Below, one piece after another: positions 30,157 to 41,108 of a DNA stretch of 64,000 nt. This DNA is from Syntrophomonadaceae bacterium. Lineage in GTDB: Bacteria > Bacillota > Dethiobacteria > DTU022 > UBA8154. Every line of letters begins with the position of its first letter. Position 1 is the stretch's first letter. The stretch lies in assembly GCA_003556225.1 (NCBI GenBank), contig PWRN01000063.1, positions 4,060 through 68,059 on the forward strand, written 5' to 3'. The notes under the pieces are model-generated. The model saw only the letters and a list, made by a program, of their open reading frames with translations. It made no database searches and was not told the DNA's origin. The translations under genes were made by a program, and so were the position numbers.

Positions 30157-30699
30157 TTATCTTCTTCCTTTTCTGTGGGGCCTGTAGGCGCGAGGGGCGG
30201 AGAGCACTTCGGACACGACAACTCCCAGGGTGATATCCGGGCTGTTTAGCAGCTTGGCGAGCCCTTGACGCGGATCTGAAACGGATTCTGCCCGGGGCCT
30301 GGTTCGCTTTTTTGCGGTCGGCCTTTTCCCGGGGCGCCCGCGATCATCCCTTGCCTCCAAATCTGGACGAACTTCGCCTTTCCGCCGCCTGTTTTTGTCA
30401 AAGTCTTCTATCTGTTCGGGGCTTTGCCTCCCGGGATACAGGTACGCTGCGGGATCTTCCGCGCCGGTTATGCCCCCAGCCGGCAACCTTCGCTCCCTGG
30501 CCACAGGTTTCGAGATGGGCCTGGCGGTTTCCTGCATGTCCTGCGCAAACCCCTCCTCTTCTGCCCGGGGAAAACGAGAGGCAGCCGGTCGGGGCAATCG
30601 GGTTTCCCCGGTCCTTTTACGCGAACGACCCTGCCCCCCCAAAGCCCTGACCACAGACGAGAGGATCATGAAGAGCACAAATAAAATAATCAATTCCAC
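30157..30699 (-). CDS. hypothetical membrane-anchored, highly basic low-complexity protein in the YqfB position (downstream of floA)
   Basis: N-terminal TM helix then R/P/K-rich disordered sequence; GTG 30699 with AAGGAGTG SD preferred over track start 30711. Confidence 0.45.
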   Translation of the reverse strand: MELIILFVLFMILSSVVRALGGQGRSRKRTGETRLPRPAASRFPRAEEEGFAQDMQETARPISKPVARERRLPAGGITGAEDPAAYLYPGRQSPEQIEDFDKNRRRKGEVRPDLEARDDRGRPGKRPTAKKRTRPRAESVSDPRQGLAKLLNSPDITLGVVVSEVLSAPRAYRPHRKGRR

Positions 30700-30761
30700 G
30701 AGTTTAATCACTCCTTACCCATGCAAGGTTTCACCGCTGCAAACAAGCACAGTTGGGATGC

Positions 30762-31751
30762 TTATTCTTCTTCTTTTGTCTCGTCCGGCTTGCCCAGCTT
30801 GGAAATGGAATCCCTCATCTGGGTATCGGAATCAATGTTTTGCAAATTGTAGTAATCCATCACGCCTAAATTTCCCTCGCGCAGCGCCTGGGCAATGGCC
30901 ATGGGCACCTGGGCTTCTGCTTCCACTACCTTGGCCCGCATCTCCTGGACTGCGGCTTTCATTTCCTGTTCCTTGGCCACAGCCATGGCCCGCCGCTCCT
31001 CGGCCTTGGCCTGGGCAATACGCTTGTCCGCTTCGGCCTGGTCCGTTTGCAGTTGGGCTCCAATATTTTTGCCGACATCCACATCCGCAATATCAATGGA
31101 AAGGATTTCAAATGCTGTGCCTGAATCCAAACCCTTGTTCAAGACCGTATGGGAAATATTATCAGGGTTTTCCAGCACCTGCTTGTGATTCTGGGCCGAA
31201 CCGATGGTGGTCACGATGCCTTCACCGACGCGCGCGATGATCGTTTCCTCACCGGCACCCCCTACCAGGCGGTCTATGTTCGCCCGCACCGTGACCCGGG
31301 CCCGGGCTTTCACCTCAATCCCGTCGCTGGCCACGGCAGCAACCACCGGGGTTTCAATGACCTTGGGATTAACACTCATCTGCACGGCTTTCAAAACATC
31401 ACGTCCCGCCAGGTCAATGGCCGCAGCACGCTCAAATTCCAGGTTAATGTCGGCCCTCTGGGCCGCGATCAAGGCATCTACTACCCGGTCCACATTGCCG
31501 CCAGCCAGGTAATGACCTTCCAGCTTGTTCACATTTAACGCCAAACCCGCCTTGGTCGCCTTGATCAGGGGTTCGACCACCTTGGCGGGAACAACCCGGC
31601 GAAGCCGCATGCCGATCAGGGTAACGATGCCGACCCTAACCCCGGCCGCCAGGGCGGCAATCCACAACCGCAGGGGAATAAAACTGAAAATCACCGAAAA
31701 CACGATAATAATTAATACAACCAGGACCAACAGGGGTAAAAGATTTTCCAC
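30762..31751 (-). CDS. floA: flotillin-like protein FloA (UPF0365/YqfA)
   Basis: 329 aa; N-terminal TM + SPFH-like domain; very high identity pattern to FloA family. Confidence 0.85.
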   Translation of the reverse strand: MENLLPLLVLVVLIIIVFSVIFSFIPLRLWIAALAAGVRVGIVTLIGMRLRRVVPAKVVEPLIKATKAGLALNVNKLEGHYLAGGNVDRVVDALIAAQRADINLEFERAAAIDLAGRDVLKAVQMSVNPKVIETPVVAAVASDGIEVKARARVTVRANIDRLVGGAGEETIIARVGEGIVTTIGSAQNHKQVLENPDNISHTVLNKGLDSGTAFEILSIDIADVDVGKNIGAQLQTDQAEADKRIAQAKAEERRAMAVAKEQEMKAAVQEMRAKVVEAEAQVPMAIAQALREGNLGVMDYYNLQNIDSDTQMRDSISKLGKPDETKEEE

Positions 31752-31792
31752 GCAACATTCTCCTTTCCATCGTTAAGAAATCTGTGATCCGC

Positions 31793-33115
31793 TCAAGGGG
31801 AAGGATCCCCTACCTTCCGTACAATGATTCTGTAACCTTCTACGCCCACGACGACTACGGGGGCTTTGGCTTCAATGTATTCTCCCTGGCTGACGACATC
31901 ATACCTTGTTCCCTGTATTTCCACGGTCCCCGACGGTCTTAGGGGTGTGATGGTCTGCCCTTGCTGTCCTACTAATTTCTGGTAATTGGAAGATGAGCTG
32001 TACCCCAGTTCCCTGGTTGCGGCATCAAAAAGGATAAAGCGGCGCAGGGTGCCCCTGCGTTGGAAAACTTTATAGGCGACGAAACCCATCACCCCGGAAA
32101 CCAGGAAGGAAACCAGCAGCATTTGCAGCCCCTGCGCGGCCGAAGCCGCCGTGAGAACAATGGATACGGCAACAGCGATGAGTCCACCTATCCCAAAGAT
32201 CCCGAAACCGGGCATGAATGCTTCTGTGAGCAAAAGAATGATCCCGAAGAGAAACAAAAAAATAGAGGGCCAGCCGGCAACCCCGGCAAAAAAATGTCCC
32301 CCAAAATAAAGGCCGAAACACAGGATGCTGCCGAGGCCGGCAATGCCAAACCCGGCCGTCAATACTTCGATGATTAAAAAGAGAAAGGCCAGGGAGAGAA
32401 CCGCCGAAGCCACGGTGGGTCGAATCAGCCAGCCCGAGAGCTGTTCCCAGCCGGAAGGATTGTTTTCAACCACAGCAGCTCCTTCCAGGCCCAAGGCTTC
32501 CAGGAGGTCTTGCCGGGAGGTGACCGTCCCATCGCTAAACCCCAGCTCTTCTGCCTGCCCGGCTGTCAAAGTCAAAAGTTCCTCCGCGGAGACCAGGGAT
32601 TCAATTTCAATTCCCCGGCGGACCATGGCCGCCGCCAGCCGTGGATCACGGCCCTGCCTTTCGGCAACGCTTTTCATTTCCCCTTCCCAGGCGGAGAGAA
32701 GTTTTTCGTCGATCACTTCCCCACCGCCCAGTATGCGGGGTTCTGCCGCCCCGATGGTAGAACCGGGGGCCATGTAAAACCCCTCGGCGGAAAGGGCCAG
32801 GTAGGCCCCGGCGGACAGGGCCTGCTGTTTCACGTAGGCATAGACGGGAAGCGGTGTTTCATCCATCAAGGTTTTGGCGGACAGGGCCGTGTCGATGAAA
32901 CCGCCGGGCGTATTTAATTCCAGGATAACCGCTTCTGCTCCAGCCGCTTCCGCTTCTCCCACAGCGCGCTCTAAAAAAACAAGCCATCCCGGCTCAATCT
33001 GCCCTTCCACCGGCATCACATGGACCAGCGGAGATCCTGAAAAAGCCCTGGAGGACAGGAACACGGCAAAAATAAAAAACAGCAGCAGGCAGATCCGCCT
33101 GATCAAAATTGCCAC
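31793..33115 (-). CDS. nfeD: NfeD-like membrane-bound ClpP-class serine protease (YqeZ)
   Basis: 440 aa; N-terminal ClpP-like domain (GxSxG region ALSAGAYL), central TM block, C-terminal OB domain. Confidence 0.8.
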   Translation of the reverse strand: MAILIRRICLLLFFIFAVFLSSRAFSGSPLVHVMPVEGQIEPGWLVFLERAVGEAEAAGAEAVILELNTPGGFIDTALSAKTLMDETPLPVYAYVKQQALSAGAYLALSAEGFYMAPGSTIGAAEPRILGGGEVIDEKLLSAWEGEMKSVAERQGRDPRLAAAMVRRGIEIESLVSAEELLTLTAGQAEELGFSDGTVTSRQDLLEALGLEGAAVVENNPSGWEQLSGWLIRPTVASAVLSLAFLFLIIEVLTAGFGIAGLGSILCFGLYFGGHFFAGVAGWPSIFLFLFGIILLLTEAFMPGFGIFGIGGLIAVAVSIVLTAASAAQGLQMLLVSFLVSGVMGFVAYKVFQRRGTLRRFILFDAATRELGYSSSSNYQKLVGQQGQTITPLRPSGTVEIQGTRYDVVSQGEYIEAKAPVVVVGVEGYRIIVRKVGDPSP

Positions 33116-33150
33116 CCCTTTAACGAAGTAAAACTTGGAATTTCCAAGTT

Positions 33151-33594
33151 TTACTCCAGCAGTCCTTCAACGACTTGTTTGACCAGGGCTCCTTCTGCGC
33201 GACCTTTGACCCTGGGCATCATCTCTTTCATGACATTGCCAAATTCTTTTTTTGATGCGGCCCCCAGCTGGTCAATCACACCGCGCGCAATTTCCTCGAT
33301 CTCCTCTGCCGAGAGCTGGGGCGGAAGATAGTGGGTAAGGATGGCTATCTCTTCCTTTAACTCGGCCAGCAGTTCCGGCCGACCGGCTTTTTCGTAGTCG
33401 GCCAGCACCTCTTTTCGTCTTTTTATTTCCCGCTGCAGAACCTCCACTACTTCTTCCTGGTTTAACGGCTCCTTTTTTTTAATTTCCGCGTTTTTTAATT
33501 CGCTGCGCAAATAACGAATTACGCCGAGTCGCAGCTTATCTTTGTCCCGCATGGCGGTTTTTTGATCTTCCACCAACTGTTCAAGCATGCTCAA
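33151..33594 (-). CDS. yqeY: GatB/YqeY domain protein
   Basis: 148-aa family; TTG 33594 start (MSMLEQL, cf. B. subtilis MSLLERL) with GGAGG SD. Confidence 0.75.
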   Translation of the reverse strand: MSMLEQLVEDQKTAMRDKDKLRLGVIRYLRSELKNAEIKKKEPLNQEEVVEVLQREIKRRKEVLADYEKAGRPELLAELKEEIAILTHYLPPQLSAEEIEEIARGVIDQLGAASKKEFGNVMKEMMPRVKGRAEGALVKQVVEGLLE

Positions 33595-33616
33595 ACGCAT
33601 CGCCTCCAAGCAACCC

Positions 33617-33796
33617 TTAAAACTTCCTTTTCTTTTTCCTTGCTGCTTCCGATTTCTTTTTGCGCCGCACACTCGGTTTCTCATAATGCTCCCGCTTGCG
33701 AACCTCGGAGAGAACGCCTGTCTTGGCACATTGTTTTTTAAACCTTTTCAGGGCATTATCGAGGCTTTCGTTTTTACCTACTTTAATTTCCGGCAT
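33617..33796 (-). CDS. rpsU: 30S ribosomal protein S21
   Basis: [59 protein letters not shown]. Confidence 0.9.
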   Translation of the reverse strand: MPEIKVGKNESLDNALKRFKKQCAKTGVLSEVRKREHYEKPSVRRKKKSEAARKKKRKF

Positions 33797-34057
33797 CAAT
33801 ATCCCTCCCCTCCACCTAAAACCTGGCACCTACACGTACATCCTATGACCCATATCCTTCATTCTAAGATTCGTAGCAGCAAAAGTGCTGATCTGCATAC
33901 AACCATTCAACACAGTATTATACCGTTTCAAAAAAACACTGTCAATGAAGGGGAAGCAGGGGTCGTCTATCACGTGATGAGGAAGCTTGCCTGTTCTACG
34001 AGACCTAAAACCACTTCACGGTCCAGACATGAAACAAAAATCTCTATCGCTGGCGGA

Positions 34058-34411
34058 TCATCCTTTTCGCACTAAATTATGCCCAAACTGGCGGCCGCCC
34101 AGCAGGTGAAAGTGAATATGGTAGACAACCTGGCCGGCATCGGGGCCGCAATTAGAAATAAGGCGGTACCCCTTGGCTGCGACCTCATGCTGCCTGGCGA
34201 TCTCCTTGACAGCCAACATCAAATGCCCCATCACTTCCAGGTGTTCGGGCTCCACGTCATTCAATGACGGGATATGTAACCGGGGGACAATTAATATATG
34301 TACCGGTGCGACAGGGTTTATATCATTAAAGGCAATGACGTGTTCGTTTTCGTAAACCACCTGGGCGGGAACTTCGCCCGCAATGATTTTACAAAAAATA
34401 CAGTTTTCCAA
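34058..34411 (-). CDS. HIT-family (histidine triad) nucleotide hydrolase
   Basis: ENCIFCKI N-terminus and HIHFHLLGG histidine triad. Confidence 0.8.
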   Translation of the reverse strand: MENCIFCKIIAGEVPAQVVYENEHVIAFNDINPVAPVHILIVPRLHIPSLNDVEPEHLEVMGHLMLAVKEIARQHEVAAKGYRLISNCGPDAGQVVYHIHFHLLGGRQFGHNLVRKG

Positions 34412-34474
34412 GAGAACCGCTCCTTTCTCACAATCTGTCCTTTATTATATCATCATTCATCTTGTTTAGGAATA

Positions 34475-34509
34475 CCAAGCTTTTAAAGATTTAGGCGGTT
34501 TGCTATAAT
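34475..34509 (+). promoter_or_regulatory. extended -10 promoter (TGcTATAAT) for the UPF0342 gene
   Basis: TTTGCTATAAT at 34499-34509; leader contains GGCCC-actgctgcaa-GGGCC hairpin. Confidence 0.35.
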
Positions 34510-34575
34510 GTGAAATAAGTACGGCCCACTGCTGCAAGGGCCGCTATAAACACTCATAGATCAGGAGGCGATCCC

Positions 34576-34941
34576 ATGAACATTTATGACCATGCCCATG
34601 CCCTGGCAAAGGCCATCAAAGCATCACCGGATTACAAAAACTTCCTTAAAGCCAAGGAATACCTGGACGCTGACAGCAGCGCGAAAGAAATGCTCACGGA
34701 TTTCAGGAAACAGCAATTTGAGCTCCAAAAACAGCAAGTCTCCGGCCTGGAAGTTGCCCCGGAGCAAGAAGAGCGGCTAAGCCGGCTCCTGGAAGTGATT
34801 CATCTGAATAAAACGGTTAAAGAATACCTGGAGGCCGAGTATCGTTTTAGTGTGATGCTGGCGGACATTCAGAAGATTATCGGTGGAGCCATGGAAGATC
34901 TGATGGAGATGGATCCGCAGGCTGGACAAGAGGAAGGTTAA
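34576..34941 (+). CDS. UPF0342 family protein (YheA/YmcA/YlbF-like)
   Basis: MNIYDHAHALAKAIKASPDYKNFLKAKEYL...FRKQQFELQKQQ...EYLEAEYRF..ML.DIQKII matches YheA pattern. Confidence 0.65.
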   Translation: MNIYDHAHALAKAIKASPDYKNFLKAKEYLDADSSAKEMLTDFRKQQFELQKQQVSGLEVAPEQEERLSRLLEVIHLNKTVKEYLEAEYRFSVMLADIQKIIGGAMEDLMEMDPQAGQEEG

Positions 34942-35093
34942 GGACAGGGCGGATAAGGGAGATCTTCGCCACCCTGGGTGAAACCATTGATGCTGAGGAG
35001 CGAGCTTACTCGGAAAGCCATTTCTTGTTTCCCCCGGCTCCCCTCTGCAAGAAAAGAGGAGCGCGATTTAACTCAACATGATCGTCAAATCAA

Positions 35094-36464
35094 TTATTTT
35101 TCTTCCCCTACACCAAAATCTCCAACACGACTGCCCAGGAGATACCCCGGGTAAGAAGCCCGGATCTCCGCCTGGTAAAGCTCTCCTCTCCTGGCATCCT
35201 CGCAGGAGAGTTGGACACGCAGGTAATTGGGCGTTAGCCCTTCCCAGGTGATCCGCCTTTCCCGCTGTTCCAGGCCTGCTTCCTTTTGCACAGGGCTTTC
35301 CAGCAGAACAGGCAGGGTCTTGCCCAGGAACCGGTCCTGGTAACAGCGGGAAAGCTCCTCGCCCAAAGCCATCATCTGCCGGCTGCGTTTTTCTTTTTCC
35401 GGGTACGGAACCTGGGGGCTCAGCTGTGCGGCCCGGGTTCCCCGGCGGGGGGAAAACTTAAAGACATGCAGTCGGCTGAACCCGCATTTCTCCACAAATC
35501 GCAGGGTGTTTTGAAAATTGCGCTCATCTTCGCCGGGAAAACCGACAATGACATCCGAACTAATGGCCAAGTCCTGGATTTCATTTTTCAGGTACTGGAC
35601 CAGGTACGAAAACTGCATAGTTCTGTACGGGCGCCCCATGGCTTCCAGGATCTGATCATCGCCGCTTTGTAGCGGGATGTGCAGGTGAGGGCAAAACCGT
35701 CCATCGGATTTCAGCACATCAACCAGCTGCTCTGAGATGTCAGCAGGCTCCAGTGAACTCAAACGTATGCGCATGATCCCGGCCAGCCCTCTTATTTCTT
35801 CCAGGAGATCGGCCAGGGTCCAGGCTGGCTGCAGGTCAACCCCGTAGAGTCCCAGATGTATCCCGGTTAAGACGACCTCCCGGTATCCCGCATTTGCGAT
35901 TTCCTGCAGGTAATGAAGCACGCGCGACGGGGGCAGGCTGCGCAGGGGACCCCGGGCCAGGGGCACAATACAGTAACTGCAGAAACGGTCACACCCATCC
36001 TGGATCTTTAAAAAGGCGCGAGTTCGGCCTTGCTGGGACTGCCAGGGCATTTCTTCAAAGGTCAAGTTCATACTGGAAGGCATGATCTCAGCGGGATAAT
36101 ACTCCCCAGGCTGCTCGCCGGCCAAGGCTTGTTTGACCCGCCCCGGCAGGTTCATCCGGTGTGCCGTTCCCTGGAGAAGATCCACTTCTTTTAGCGCGGC
36201 CAGATCTTCCGGCTGAACCTGGGCATAGCATCCGATCACCGCCACCAGGGCCTGGGGATTTTTTCTTTTCGCACGGCGTATCGCCTGGCGGGATTTGCGA
36301 TCAGCGAGGTGGGTAACCGTGCAGGTGTTAAACACGTAGACATCTGCCCCAAAGTGAAAATCTACGAGCTCAAAACCTTCGCGCCGAAACTGGCCTTTTA
36401 AGGCCTCGGTTTCATAATAGTTCACCTTGCACCCCAAGGTATGAAAAGCCACGGTTGGCCGCAA
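35094..36464 (-). CDS. mtaB: tRNA methylthiotransferase MtaB (radical SAM, YqeV family)
   Basis: N-terminal MTTase domain (HTLGCKVNYYETE), radical-SAM CDRFCSYC, TRAM C-terminus. Confidence 0.85.
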   Translation of the reverse strand: MRPTVAFHTLGCKVNYYETEALKGQFRREGFELVDFHFGADVYVFNTCTVTHLADRKSRQAIRRAKRKNPQALVAVIGCYAQVQPEDLAALKEVDLLQGTAHRMNLPGRVKQALAGEQPGEYYPAEIMPSSMNLTFEEMPWQSQQGRTRAFLKIQDGCDRFCSYCIVPLARGPLRSLPPSRVLHYLQEIANAGYREVVLTGIHLGLYGVDLQPAWTLADLLEEIRGLAGIMRIRLSSLEPADISEQLVDVLKSDGRFCPHLHIPLQSGDDQILEAMGRPYRTMQFSYLVQYLKNEIQDLAISSDVIVGFPGEDERNFQNTLRFVEKCGFSRLHVFKFSPRRGTRAAQLSPQVPYPEKEKRSRQMMALGEELSRCYQDRFLGKTLPVLLESPVQKEAGLEQRERRITWEGLTPNYLRVQLSCEDARRGELYQAEIRASYPGYLLGSRVGDFGVGEEK

Positions 36465-36538
36465 CGAAAACCCTCCTGTACATGTCTAGATGTCCACTTT
36501 TTGCGAAGGCTACAGCAAATCAAACCGTCCTTGTCTTT

Positions 36539-37291
36539 TTAAACCATATCTCCCCAATAACCCATAATCACGGCAAGCGCCGCAACGGGAGCCGTTTCCG
36601 CGCGGAGAATGCGCGGCCCCAGGGTAACCGGGCGAATCGTGGGTATCTCGACCAATTTTTCCATTTCAGCAGGGGAGATGCCACCCTCAGGTCCGGTAAA
36701 AATTGCCAGGGAACCGGGGGGGCGTTCAGATCGTTTGAGGATCGGTCCCAGGGCTGCAGTTTTCTCTTCTTCCCAGGGAACCAGGACCAGCTCCTCGTTC
36801 TTGAGCAGCAACAGCATCTCTTGAAAATGAAGGGGTGATGATACGTCGGGTATCATGCTGCGGCGGCTTTGCGCCGCGGCTGCACGCGCGATATTGCGCC
36901 AGCGCAACGCTTTCTTTTCCCAGCCGTCAGCACTACGCGCGACAACCGTGCGCTCCGTCAGCACGGGGATAACCCGCCTTGCCCCCAGTTCAACACACTG
37001 GCGAACCACGGCATCCAGTTTGTCACCCTTGGTGATGCCCATATAGAGGTGGATGCGGATCGGCGGTTCGGAAGAAACAGCAACGTCTTCCAGCAAAGAT
37101 ATCCTGGCGCTGTCGGGCTGCAGGGTCTCCAAACAGCCATAAACGGCATGGCCCTGGCCGTCAGAAAGTACCAGGGTATCGCCCTTCTTTAAACGCAGTG
37201 CTTTTAAGTGGTTTAAATTCTCCTGGTCCAGGTAGACCGGACTCGATTGCAGCGCAGCGGGGGAAACGTAAAACCAGGAGGTCATGATCAT
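36539..37291 (-). CDS. rsmE: 16S rRNA (uracil1498-N3)-methyltransferase RsmE
   Basis: 250 aa; PUA-like N-domain and SPOUT C-domain (FTGPEGGISPAE). Confidence 0.8.
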   Translation of the reverse strand: MIMTSWFYVSPAALQSSPVYLDQENLNHLKALRLKKGDTLVLSDGQGHAVYGCLETLQPDSARISLLEDVAVSSEPPIRIHLYMGITKGDKLDAVVRQCVELGARRVIPVLTERTVVARSADGWEKKALRWRNIARAAAAQSRRSMIPDVSSPLHFQEMLLLLKNEELVLVPWEEEKTAALGPILKRSERPPGSLAIFTGPEGGISPAEMEKLVEIPTIRPVTLGPRILRAETAPVAALAVIMGYWGDMV

Positions 37292-37328
37292 TCGCCTCCA
37301 TGGTAATAAGATTGCAATTGGTCATGAA

Positions 37329-38483
37329 TCATTTTCCGCCAAAGGTATTTTTCATGCGGTGAAAGAAACCTTGTTCCTCCTGGCCGGTGATCTTGCCGCC
37401 GCCTGCTTGCGAAAATTCTTCTAAGATTTTCTTTTGCCTGGGGCTTAATTTGCGAGGAACCTCGACCTTGACTTTGATCACCAGGTCTCCCTTACCAAAA
37501 CCTCTTAAATTAGGGATCCCTTTGCCTTTCACGGTGAAACGGGTCTCGGGCTGCGTCCCGGGAGGGATCCGCAGGCTGGTCTTCCCGTCAATGGTGGGCA
37601 CTTCCAGTTCATTCCCCAGGGCCGCATCAACAAAACTGATGGGAACCTCGCAAAGCAGGTTGTTCCCCTGGCGTTGGAAAAGCTCGTGGGGAAGCACGTG
37701 AAGGAATACGTACAGGTCCCCGGGAGGTCCCCCCCGGGTTCCCGCTTCCCCTTCACCGGGCACCCGCAGCTTGGAACCGTGGTCGACGCCCGGCGGAATT
37801 TTAATGTCAATGGTTTTCTCCTGCACGGTTTTACCCTCGCCCCGACAGTCCGGGCATTTTTCCTTGATCACGCGGCCTTCGCCCCGGCAGCTTTCACAGG
37901 CACGGATGCTCACGAATCGGCCGTAAGTCGTGTTGCGTACAACCTGCTGCTGCCCCGAACCGTCGCAAGCATTACAGGTTTCCGCCCCGGACCCTTCTTT
38001 CGCCCCGGTGCCATCGCAGCGGGAACAATTTTCCGTGCGGTGTAGTTTAATCTTGGTCGCCTTTCCGTGCACCACATCTTCCAGGGTGATCTCCAGGTCA
38101 TAGCGCAGATCGGAGCCCCGGCGGGGCGCGGAAGAGGAGCGGCGGCGGCTGCCCGTGGAAAAGCCGCCGCCAAAGAATGCATCAAATATATCCTCGACAC
38201 CCGAGGCGAAATCTCCAAAACCTCCAAAGCCTCCACCAGGGCCTCCAAAAGCCTGGAAAGCCTCTTCTTCATGGCCAAAGCGATCGTAGCGTGCTCTCTT
38301 GCTTGGATCACTTAACACGTCATAAGCTTCTTTGATTTCTTTAAATTTCCCTTCCGCGCTTTCATCTTGGGAGTTGGCATCAGGGTGGTATTCCCGGGCC
38401 AGCCGACGATATGCTTTTTTAATTTCTTCCGGACTGGCATTGCGATTTAACCCCAAAACCTCGTAATAATCCCTCTTGGCCAT
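37329..38483 (-). CDS. dnaJ: chaperone DnaJ
   Basis: J domain ([11 protein letters not shown]), G/F region, four CxxCxGxG zinc-finger repeats. Confidence 0.9.
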   Translation of the reverse strand: MAKRDYYEVLGLNRNASPEEIKKAYRRLAREYHPDANSQDESAEGKFKEIKEAYDVLSDPSKRARYDRFGHEEEAFQAFGGPGGGFGGFGDFASGVEDIFDAFFGGGFSTGSRRRSSSAPRRGSDLRYDLEITLEDVVHGKATKIKLHRTENCSRCDGTGAKEGSGAETCNACDGSGQQQVVRNTTYGRFVSIRACESCRGEGRVIKEKCPDCRGEGKTVQEKTIDIKIPPGVDHGSKLRVPGEGEAGTRGGPPGDLYVFLHVLPHELFQRQGNNLLCEVPISFVDAALGNELEVPTIDGKTSLRIPPGTQPETRFTVKGKGIPNLRGFGKGDLVIKVKVEVPRKLSPRQKKILEEFSQAGGGKITGQEEQGFFHRMKNTFGGK

Positions 38484-38528
38484 TCTTATCCAACCCCTTT
38501 ATGCCGTTGGCCTGGCACTTCCTGCTCA

Positions 38529-40406
38529 TTACTTCTCCTCTTCATCATCCACCACTTCGTAGTCGGCGTCAACCACATCTTCCTGGCCGCCGGCTTCAGC
38601 TTCTTGACCGGTTTCCTGGGCGCCTGGTTCCCCGTGCATGGAACCGCTGCCGGCTGCCTGCTGCTGTTCCTGCTGCACCTGTTCGTAGATCTTCGACGAT
38701 ACTTCATGCAGTTCGCTGCTCAGCTGGTCCGAGGCCGACTTGATTTTTTGTACGTCGTCTCCTGCAATGGCGTCTTTCAGCTCCTGGATGCGCTTTTCGA
38801 TCTGCTCCTTTTTATCGCTTTCCACTTTATCCCCCAGGTCGCGCAGGGTTTTTTCCGTGGAGTAGACCAGGGAATCGGCCTGGTTGCGCGATTCCGCCAG
38901 TTCTTTGCGCCTGGCATCTTCGTCTGCAAACTTCTTGGCCTCATCAACCATGTTCTCGATTTCATCGCTGCTCAATCCCGAAGTAGCAGTAATGGTGACT
39001 TTTTGTTCCTTGCCCGTCCCCAGGTCCTTGGCAGATACATTCACGATCCCGTTGGCATCGATATCAAAGGATACCTCGATTTGCGGTACACCGCGGGGCG
39101 CCGGCGGAATCCCATCCAGCATAAAACGCCCCAGGGTCTTGTTGTCGGCGGCCATGGGTCGCTCACCCTGCTGGACATGGATTTCCACGCTGGTCTGGCT
39201 ATCGGCCGCCGTGGAAAAGATCTGCTTTTTCGAGGTGGGAATGGTGGTATTCCGTTCAATAATCTTGGTAAATACGCCGCCCAGGGTTTCGATCCCCAGG
39301 GAAAGCGGTGTGACATCCAGGAGCAGAACGTCCTTGACATCTCCGGAGAGCACACCGGCCTGGATGGCCGCGCCCAGGGCGACCACTTCATCCGGGTTCA
39401 CGCCCTTGTGGGGTTCCTTGCCCAGGATGTCCTTGATCACCTTCTGCACCAGGGGCATACGGGTCGATCCGCCTACAAGGATCACTTTATCGATCTCATC
39501 AGTTCCGACTCCTGAATCGGAAATCGCCTGCTTCATGGGATTAACGGTCTTTTCGACCAGGTCGGAAATCAAATCTTCAAGTTTCGCCCGGGTCAAGGTG
39601 ATATCCAGGTGCTTCGGGCCATCAGAGGTTGCCGTGATAAATGGCAAATTCACGTTGGCGGTGGTCACACTGGAAAGCTCGATCTTGGCCTTTTCCGCCG
39701 CATCTTTCAGGCGCTGCAAAGCCATGCGATCTTTGCTTAAATCCACCCCTGTTTCTTTCTTGAACTCGGAGACCAGGTGATCGACGATGCGGTCATCGAA
39801 ATCGTCACCACCCAGGCGGTTATTCCCGCTGGTGGCCTTCACTTCGAATACGCCGTCGCCCAGTTCAAGAATGGAAACATCGAATGTGCCTCCACCCAGG
39901 TCGTAAACCAGGATGGTGTGGTCCTCTCCCTTGTCCAACCCGTAGGCCAGGGAGGCAGCGGTCGGTTCATTAATAATGCGCAGCACTTCCAGGCCGGCGA
40001 TTTTCCCGGCGTCTTTTGTCGCCTGCCTTTGACTGTCGGTAAAATAGGCCGGCACCGTGATCACGGCTTTTTCCACTTTTTCACCCAGGTAGCTCTCCGC
40101 GTCGGTTTTCAGCTTCTGCAGGATCATCGCTGAAATTTCCTGGGGCGTATACTCCTTGCCATCAATATTTTCTTTATAGTTTGTCCCCATTTCCCGCTTA
40201 ATGGAAGTAATGGTGCGGTCAGGGTTTGTGATGGACTGACGTTTGGCCACCTGGCCAACAATTCTTTCCCCTTCTTTGCTGAACGCTACGACGGAAGGTG
40301 TTAAACGGCTGCCTTCCGCATTGGAAATGATTTCTGGCTCTCCACCTTCAAGAACAGCAATGGCCGACATTGTTGTTCCCAGGTCAATCCCTACGACTTT
40401 TGACAT
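38529..40406 (-). CDS. dnaK: chaperone DnaK (Hsp70)
   Basis: [20 protein letters not shown]-like acidic C-terminus. Confidence 0.95.
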   Translation of the reverse strand: MSKVVGIDLGTTMSAIAVLEGGEPEIISNAEGSRLTPSVVAFSKEGERIVGQVAKRQSITNPDRTITSIKREMGTNYKENIDGKEYTPQEISAMILQKLKTDAESYLGEKVEKAVITVPAYFTDSQRQATKDAGKIAGLEVLRIINEPTAASLAYGLDKGEDHTILVYDLGGGTFDVSILELGDGVFEVKATSGNNRLGGDDFDDRIVDHLVSEFKKETGVDLSKDRMALQRLKDAAEKAKIELSSVTTANVNLPFITATSDGPKHLDITLTRAKLEDLISDLVEKTVNPMKQAISDSGVGTDEIDKVILVGGSTRMPLVQKVIKDILGKEPHKGVNPDEVVALGAAIQAGVLSGDVKDVLLLDVTPLSLGIETLGGVFTKIIERNTTIPTSKKQIFSTAADSQTSVEIHVQQGERPMAADNKTLGRFMLDGIPPAPRGVPQIEVSFDIDANGIVNVSAKDLGTGKEQKVTITATSGLSSDEIENMVDEAKKFADEDARRKELAESRNQADSLVYSTEKTLRDLGDKVESDKKEQIEKRIQELKDAIAGDDVQKIKSASDQLSSELHEVSSKIYEQVQQEQQQAAGSGSMHGEPGAQETGQEAEAGGQEDVVDADYEVVDDEEEK

Positions 40407-40408
40407 CG

Positions 40409-41083
40409 TTATGCCTCCTTTTGATTGTTTTGATCAGATGAAACTTTCACCATACTGGCTCTTAACACTTTGTCTTTCATGCGGTACCCTTTTTGCAGCT
40501 CATCCAAGACGGTATTGGGCGGATGTTCGCTGCTTTCTTCAACCATCACGGCTTCATGACAATTGGGGTCAAAGGGCTTGCCTTCACATTTAATGGGCGT
40601 CACACCTTCTTTTTCCAGGATCTCATGGAGCTGCCGGGAAATGAGCTGAATGCCTTCCACGATATTTTCCGGCCTCTCGCCGGAAGCTGAACAGGCCCGC
40701 TCCAGGTTGTCAATGACCGGCAGCAGCCGTTGCACCAGCCGATAATTCGCATGTTGTTCCAGGTCCTCTTTTTCAGCGCGCACCCGTTTGCGGTAGTTAT
40801 CGAAATCCGCCTGCAACCGCATGAGCCTGTTTTTCAGCTCTTCTTTTTCCTGCTCCAGTTGCTGGAGTTTTTGCTGCAAGATTTCACGCGTTTCTTCACC
40901 GGCAGGACCTGCTGCTTCTGCCGCCGGCTGCGGGTCTCCATCGGGTCCCGAGGATTGATGGTCTCCGGAAGCAGCAGGAGAGTTTTTTTGTTCAAATTCG
41001 CTTTCGCGCTGCTGATTACCTTCCGGGTTGTTTGAAAAATATCCTTCATCCTTCCCAGAAAACCTGTAACCTCTTCCTGTCAA
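40409..41083 (-). CDS. grpE: nucleotide exchange factor GrpE
   Basis: coiled-coil then GrpE C-domain; TTG 41083 with GAAGGGAG SD preferred to GTG 41092 (SD adjacent). Confidence 0.85.
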   Translation of the reverse strand: MTGRGYRFSGKDEGYFSNNPEGNQQRESEFEQKNSPAASGDHQSSGPDGDPQPAAEAAGPAGEETREILQQKLQQLEQEKEELKNRLMRLQADFDNYRKRVRAEKEDLEQHANYRLVQRLLPVIDNLERACSASGERPENIVEGIQLISRQLHEILEKEGVTPIKCEGKPFDPNCHEAVMVEESSEHPPNTVLDELQKGYRMKDKVLRASMVKVSSDQNNQKEA

Positions 41084-41108
41084 GGAATACACTCCCTTCT
41101 CTTCAGTT

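Noticed and set aside
30312-31240. 112-281-aa plus-strand ORFs antisense to yqfB-like/floA
   Set aside because: Proline/arginine-rich translation of GC-rich antisense strand; FloA on the other strand is unambiguous.
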